DNA of 14,800 nucleotides from Octopus sinensis (lineage: Eukaryota): positions 1-14,800 of the forward strand of contig NW_021825619.1 in assembly GCF_006345805.1 (NCBI RefSeq), read 5' to 3'. Positions 9,001-14,800 of the stretch are shown in pieces. How positions within the stretch are numbered: the stretch's first letter is position 1; every line of letters begins with the position of its first letter. The position numbers and the translations under genes were made by a program. Under the pieces are notes generated by a model, which worked only from the letters and a program-made list of their open reading frames with translations, made no database searches and was not told the DNA's origin.

Positions 9001-9130
9001 TCCAAAAGAACGAAAAACAAACACAAAAAACAACAACGCGCGGACGTGGTACAGGTAAAGTATTAGCAGATGCTCAGGGAAGGAAAGAAATGCGGTTTTA
9101 CGTTTCGAGCAAAGCTCTTCTTCAGAAACG
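8999..9130 (-). mobile_element. Hammerhead-bearing short element related to 3930-4164, truncated by the LINE at about 9131
   Basis: Internal similarity to 4000-4100; (TA)n at its 3' side. Confidence 0.6.
9095..9129 (-). ncRNA. Minimal type-I hammerhead ribozyme, core intact
   Basis: Minus strand GTTT CTGAAGA A GAGC-TTT-GCTC GAA ACGT A AAAC: 4-bp stem I, exact CUGANGA, perfect 4-bp stem II, GAAA, palindromic ACGU stem III, GUA cleavage site after position 9099. Confidence 0.8.
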
Positions 9131-9996
9131 GGAGTCCTTGGTCAAGCGCAGACCAAGAAAGGGTGCTTGGTACCTGGAGTGTCGGCAAGCGCTCACGGCC
9201 TTCTGCCTGTCGGCGGGCAACGCAGTCGGTGGAAGTTCCACCATGGAGTTCTATAGATGATTAGCGGAGGGAAAGAGCGATGACCTACTCGGGAAAATTC
9301 TGAAATCAAATGACTGGTCTTTTCCGGAGAACTTTCGGGCCAAAGTCTATGGATAACTTCCAGAGTTCCCTGGCTCTGCAGACACGGAGGTGCTATCAGA
9401 CGGACCTGTCCGAGGTGTGCGTAGAGCGATGAAAACGTCCTGCATGCACTCGTCCAATGTCCGTGCATTGCTGACCTGTGGAGCTTTGTCGAACAGCTGG
9501 TATCATGTGTAGGACGGATCAGCCGAGTCCGTTGTGACGATCGCCCCGCAGCCTTCTTTTGGCCGGGAGGAAAAAGCAGTTTTCCTCTGCCTGGTGGCTC
9601 TAGCGAAAGAGGTAGCGTGATTGACGAGGTTGAAAAGACTGAAAACAGACACTTTCCTCTTCGACCGAGCCTTCATCCACCTGAAAAGGAAAGTGAAGGT
9701 AGAGAAAGAAGTACTGCTCCTCCCCCTCCCCCCGCCTGTAAGTTTGTTGAAAGGTGGGTTATAAGGGCTCGTGTGAATGGGCCTACCCTGAATATTCGTC
9801 TGTAAGCTGGAGCAGTTGAGGGAAAGAGAGGTGCCTACCTGGCGTGCCCTTGGCAGTCGAGGTGATCAGGATGTGTGGAAGTATCCTGGTTGGCCCTGGG
9901 CGGAACTCCCCCATTTTTTGTTTTAAACCACACTCGTCCTTTGTTTTGCATCGTCCCTAATTGTTTTTGTGTTCAGCCCTTGTGGCCAATAAAGAA
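9131..9996 (+). mobile_element. 5'-truncated L1/Tx1-clade LINE (ORF2 C-terminus with zf-RVT-type CCHC knuckle, 3' UTR, AATAAA)
   Basis: 9401-9463 reads RTCPRCA*SDENVLHALVQCP (CxxC-x8-H-x4-C), followed by CIADLWSFVEQL. Flanking broken frames read WYLECRQAL..EFYR, LFRRTFGPKSMDNFQSSLA and AKEVA*LTRLK..KFVERW..RL* (stop 9803-9805). AATAAA at 9988-9993. Multiple stops and frameshifts. Confidence 0.8.
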
Positions 9997-9999
9997 AGG

Positions 10000-10342
<343 letters not shown>

Positions 10343-10639
10343 TCGGTACACAATGACAGTAACGTTGAAACAGTTGCCAAAATCTGAAATGTGCCTCTTG
10401 ACCCCATCACGTGTCACTGAAGTTTCTTTTTTGTTTTTTGTCTTTTTTTATTTAGATTTTGTTTAATGTCGTTATTGTTCACACCATACCTTGTTCCCAG
10501 TGAAACTTGTCCTGTAGTTCCACTTCCCTTTCTTCCTTTTTTTCCCTTTCTTTTTCTTTCTTTCTTATGTCTTTTTTTTGTTTTCTTTTTTTTTTCTTTT
10601 TTTTCGGAATAAAGGGGAAAATATTTTCCCAAGATATCA

Positions 10640-10842
10640 TTTTACTCATCATTGCTATCACTACCATAATTAACACTATAACTATCATCAGCAGCAGCAG
10701 CAGCAATAGCTGCACCAGCACCATCATCATCTTCATCATTGTTATCGTCCTTGTCATTGTTGTGGTTATCATCATCATCATCATCGCCATCATCATCATC
10801 ATCAGCATCATCATCATCATCATCGTCATCGTCATCATCAAT
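10640..10842. repeat. Degenerate (CAT/CAG/CGT)n array
   Basis: Direct reading. Confidence 0.9.
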
Positions 10843-10899
10843 GCTCTGTGAATATACTACAATTGACAGCAACAGACAAGTAAGACATCACTTCAGTGA

Positions 10900-11000
10900 C
10901 CTGTGTGTGTATGTGTATGTGTTGTGTATGTGTTATGTACGTGTTGTGTATGTGTGTTGCGTGCGTGTATGTGCGTGCGTGTGTGTGTGTGTGTGTATGT
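10900..11000. repeat. (TG)n-type microsatellite
   Basis: Direct reading. Confidence 0.9.
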
Positions 11001-11093
11001 TGGCAATGACATATCAGTCCATCTTCCATGTAAACTCCCACCTACACATATACAGTTTAACAAAAGAAGTCTCGGGCCACTGCACGGTCATTC

Positions 11094-11290
11094 ATTCGAC
11101 TTCCAGAAACAAGAGCTTATTCTCCTCAAATTAATACTCTAACCACCATTAAAAAAAAAGGGAAGGATACATTGGTTAATGTAGTTCTCAATACCCTGTG
11201 TACTTGATAAATTGCTAGAAGTAGCAGCTTATTCTCGCCTTCAAATCAACTCATTAGCTATGATGAAAAGGGGCGGATACGTAGTCACTG
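11094..11290 (+). mobile_element. Two adjacent partial copies of dispersed repeat family D
   Basis: attcgacttccagaaac...taatgtagttctcaataccctgtgt and gctagaagtagcagc...ggatacgtagtc; similar to 4371-4458 (reverse) and 11700-11730. Confidence 0.5.
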
Positions 11291-11356
11291 AGGGTATTGC
11301 AGACAGAGAAGGGCCTACAGTTCGTTTCAGAGTGGAGCTAGGCTGCATGACATATT

Positions 11357-11433
11357 TTACCAACCACATGGTTCCGGGTTCAGTCCCACTGCGTGGCACC
11401 TTGGGCTTGGGCAAATGTCTTCTACTATAGCCT
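11357..11433 (+). mobile_element. SINE family A head fragment with a 6-bp internal duplication (ttgggc x2)
   Basis: Near-identical to 7858-7929. Confidence 0.85.
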
Positions 11434-11462
11434 ACACACACACACACTACACATATATACAT

Positions 11463-11504
<42 letters not shown>

Positions 11505-11523
11505 ATAATACATATACATATAT
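11434..11523. repeat. (CA)n/(TA)n microsatellite shared between two inverted SINE heads
   Basis: Direct reading. Confidence 0.9.
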
Positions 11524-11682
11524 ACGACGGGCTTCTTTCAGTCTACCAAATCCACTCACAAGGCTTTGGTCGGCCCGAGGCTATATTAGAAGACACTTGC
11601 CCAAGGTACCGCGCAGTGGGACTGAACCCCAGAACCATGGGGTTGGGAAGCAAGCTACTTACCACACAGCCATCCCTACGCC
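11524..11682 (-). mobile_element. SINE family A 5' half, including the complete 5' end GGCGTAGGGATGGCTGTGTGG
   Basis: Colinear with 2540-2702. Confidence 0.9.
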
Positions 11683-11689
11683 TAGAATA

Positions 11690-11930
11690 TAAGAAAATAC
11701 TACATAATGTAGTCCTAGATACACTGTGTCTGATATAGCATGATCACGGCTAGAAAGTCTGTGATCATGTTTTTCCTATTGGATCTACCTGAAACTAAAC
11801 ATCACCGCCAGCAACAAGACTGGAGCCAAAGCAGTCGCTCAATCTACAAGAAATAGCAGCCAAATTTTGATGACACCCCATTCTATCATCATAACAAAAC
11901 CAAAAAAAAGTAGATTTTATAAAGGTACAT
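11690..11930 (+). mobile_element. Further family D fragments
   Basis: taatgtagtcctagatacactgtgt (about 11705-11729) and agaaatagcagccaaatt (about 11847-11865) match the other D pieces. Confidence 0.45.
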
Positions 11931-12064
11931 TGTATCTGGGGGGTGGATGAAACAGAGACAAATAGTGAAGGGTGGAGCGCCTTCAGCTCGATTGGAACCG
12001 ACCTGGGAGAATATGTCAGGAACGAGACATGACACATACTGTATTACAAATTAGAAATATCTTT

Positions 12065-12075
12065 TTATACACATA

Positions 12076-12123
<48 letters not shown>

Positions 12124-12181
12124 TATATATACATATGTGTGTGTATCTGCGTCTGTGTTTGTCTTCCCATAAATATATATA

Positions 12182-12213
<32 letters not shown>

Positions 12214-12215
12214 AC
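12065..12215. repeat. (CA)n and (TG)n microsatellites
   Basis: Direct reading. Confidence 0.9.
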
Positions 12216-12221
12216 GCGTGC

Positions 12222-12420
12222 CTTTGTGTCTGCGTTTGTCCCTCCATCACCGCTCTGATAACCGGTGTCCGTGTGTTTATGCCCCCCACCCCCGTAACTT
12301 AGTGGTTCGGCAAAATTGTCCGATGGAATAAGTACTAGGCTTAATAGAAAAATTCTGGGGTCGATTTGTTCGACTAAAACCCTTCAAGGCAGTGCTCCAG
12401 TATGGCCGCCAAAAGAATAA
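12222..12420 (+). mobile_element. SINE family A-related 3' half, diverged
   Basis: cccgtaacttagtggttcggcaaaa...aataagtactaggctta...ggggtcgatttgttcgactaa...aaggcagtgctccagtatggccgc aligns with 8085-8200. Confidence 0.8.
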
Positions 12421-12569
12421 AAAAAAGAAGGAATATATATATACACACACACACATATATATGTATATACATATATGTATGTATGTATATCAATTCTTTT
12501 TTAAATATAGGGTAAAAATTAAATATTAATTTTTTACCAGCGTTAGAAAAAGATGTCCGTAGACTGAAA

Positions 12570-12605
12570 ATATTATTATATTATATTATATTATATTATA
12601 TTATA
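12570..12605. repeat. (ATATT)n pentanucleotide tract
   Basis: Direct reading. Confidence 0.85.
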
Positions 12606-13179
12606 CTTCGGAGTACGAAAATGACAAATCATTTTTGAATTCTCTCAAATTGTCCTGTCACCCCTTAACTCCCATTTCTAGCGTGTTGGAAAACCACTTA
12701 GTGGCTTTCTCTTCGTGTATAACACAGCATAATTATATACACACACACACACACAACACACACACATACATGCATGCTCCGGTGACAGGCATAAGCTGTT
12801 TTACCGCAGCGAAGTCACGCTCGGTTAAGAGAACCGTGGTTACTCATGCCTTTTATCCGCGCCTGGTTGAATTTCTTCACTTTGACATTCGCAGCTCAAA
12901 CAGAAATCACATCGCATCTATACATTTCGGTGATCGGATCCCACGATCCGTACCAGTTTCAAGTCAACCGTTCGCTACCACCCGAACATCTACCCACACT
13001 TTATAGTTAAGTACCACCCACCAAGCGTTGCCGACCAACATAAGCGGATTCCAAGCCACGTTGCTCTATGGTGTCCCGGCTACAGAGCTGTGTCGATCGT
13101 CATCCTTCGCTACGCCTTGAACATCAGTCGATGTCCGTGGCAACGAAACGTCAACGCTGTAAGCGCTATTTCTTGTTTA

Positions 13180-13190
13180 GTGTAGTAGTA

Positions 13191-13257
<67 letters not shown>
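13180..13257. repeat. (TAG)n microsatellite
   Basis: Direct reading. Confidence 0.95.
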
Positions 13258-13258
<1 letters not shown>

Positions 13259-13318
13259 CTATGGATGGGAAGGTCATTAAAACACTGGACTAAATGTATC
13301 GCTGTCTTGTAGCATTTA

Positions 13319-14538
13319 TCAAGTCATTAAGAATGGAATGTCCGATTTTCTTATGCACCAAGTTTGACAGTCGTTGATTCAAATGTTTTATCCTAATTAA
13401 TTCTTTGTTTTACAACACTGAAGAGTTGCATTATCGCCTTTCGAAATGCAATTCATAGAGCCTGATAATATTGTGAGTTTTCTCTTGTAAATCAATTTTT
13501 GTGAACCCATGGACAGATCGAAAATTCGTGTTGTTTATGAATATGAGTTCCGTCGTGGAACCAATGCATCCCAGACAGCTCAAAACATCAATGAGGTGTT
13601 TGGTGAAGATGTTGTGAAAGAGTGCACTGTATGTCGATGGTTTGAGAAGTTCTGGTCTGGGGACTTTACTCGTGAAAATCATCCCCGTGGTAGACCTGTA
13701 ATCAAAGTGGATGATGATGAGCTGGAAACTGCAGTGGAAGCGGATACATCTCAAACTACATGTGAGTTAGCAGCAAGGTTGGATATTTCGATTCCAACTG
13801 TATTAGAACATCTGAAACAAATCAGCAAGGTAAAGAAGCTGGACATGTGGGTACCACACGAACTGAACGAGCATCAAATGAGACGTCGTCTCGAAATTTG
13901 CTGTCACAGCTTAAAGCAAACCGTTTTAGCATAGTATTGTTACGTGTGATGAAAAACGGATTTTTTTCAACAATAGCAAGCGTTCTGTACGGTGGTTGGA
14001 TAGAGACGAAGTGCCAAAACACAATCCAAAAGAGAATATTCACCAAAAAACGTTAAAGGTATATCTATTTGGTGTTCCAGCGCTCGTGTCATCCATTACA
14101 GCTTCATGAGACCTGGTAAGTCAATTACTGCAGATGTACACATCAACGATGAGTGAACCTGCAATTAAACAACCGAGATTGGTCAATAGAGACAGGCCAA
14201 TTCTCTTGCAAGAAAATGCGCGATCAGATGTTGCACAGAGAATGCTACTCAAGTTAGAGGGACTAAACTTGGAAGTAATCTGTCTTCCACCATATTCACC
14301 AAACCTTATACCAACTGACTATTTGAAGAAAAAACTTCAAACCTGGAGAAGATGCAAAAACAGCCTTTCGTGATTTCTCCAGAATTCTTCACTGCTGGCA
14401 TAAATAAGCTAGCGATAAAATGGCAAAATTGTGTTGATAATTTAGATACATATTTTGATTAACTGCATTGTTTTTTCTTGAGATAAAATAAAATGAAGTT
14501 TCAGTTCAAAATCGGACATTTCATTCTCAATGACCTGA
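13319..14538 (+). mobile_element. Mariner (DD34D) DNA transposon, both TIRs present, 1220 bp
   Basis: Left TIR TCAAGTCATTAAGAATGGAATGTCCGATTT (13319-13348) vs right TIR reverse complement TCAGGTCATTGAGAATGAAATGTCCGATTT (14509-14538): 27/30 identical. TA target-site duplication at 13317-13318 and 14539-14540. Confidence 0.92.
13509..14462 (+). pseudogene. Mariner transposase pseudogene (Hsmar1/cecropia-like)
   Basis: N-terminal HTH region, WVPHEL motif, IVTCDEK (D at 13948), LLQENAR (second D mutated to E at 14212), YSPNLIPTDY (third D at 14317, 34 residues after the second site), C-terminal GINKL..WQNCVD..YFD* ending at 14462. Several frameshifts, stops and deletions. Confidence 0.9.
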
Positions 14539-14723
14539 TAGTTGCATTCCTTAACGGTCGGAGTTCAAATCCTACGAAAGATCGACTGGAATTCGTTGAG
14601 GTTTTTTTTTTTTTTTTTTAATACTTTTTTACTTGCAGTCCATAAAGTAAAAAAACTTCATCGTTTGCTAGTTTGTACGCTTCCCTTACAAATATGTAAA
14701 AGCTTATCAAAGATGTAAGTCAC

Positions 14724-14762
<39 letters not shown>

Positions 14763-14800
14763 CATTATCATCATCATCAGCAGCAGCATCATCATCATCA
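14724..14800. repeat. (CAT)n/(CAG)n trinucleotide array
   Basis: Direct reading. Confidence 0.95.

Noticed and set aside
10479-10530. Possible minus-strand exon ending at an aag|gtatgg donor
   Set aside because: No polypyrimidine tract or acceptor upstream and no recognisable peptide.
13110-13160. GAAACGTCAACG as a fifth hammerhead
   Set aside because: No CUGANGA core or complementary stem I strand upstream.
13270-13283. aggtcattaa resembling the mariner TIR, 45 bp upstream of it
   Set aside because: Only about 9-10 nt match, with no TA start and no partner; likely coincidence.
13417-13460. CTGAAGA...GAAA in the mariner 5' UTR as a hammerhead
   Set aside because: Stem I cannot form; the sequence is better explained by a simple hairpin that sequesters the core.
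13509-13934. SETMAR / histone methyltransferase gene call
   Set aside because: No SET domain; the ORF lies between mariner TIRs and is frameshifted, so it is a free transposon fossil.

Overview
Repeat-saturated, AT-rich eukaryotic non-coding DNA (intron or intergenic). It is most likely from a coleoid cephalopod (Octopus-like); this is an inference from the SINE types and microsatellite load, not a database result. No intact host protein-coding gene is recognisable, and nearly all supplied ORFs are translations of microsatellites. The window contains: (i) about 10 pieces of a bipartite tRNA-derived SINE with an internal microsatellite, two other tRNA-headed SINEs and a fourth dispersed repeat; (ii) a TIR-complete but mutated mariner (13319-14538) with an Hsmar1-like transposase pseudogene; (iii) a Tc2/pogo-like MITE (1771-2287); (iv) 3' remnants of an RTE-clade LINE and an L1/Tx1-clade LINE; (v) many simple repeats. 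The most interesting unannotated signal is four minimal type-I hammerhead ribozyme motifs (4002-4038 +, 5042-5086 +, 8813-8864 -, 9095-9129 -). Two retain the full catalytic core. Three sit in short, RT-less elements bounded by (TA)n, resembling Penelope-like pLTR or retrozyme-type elements.
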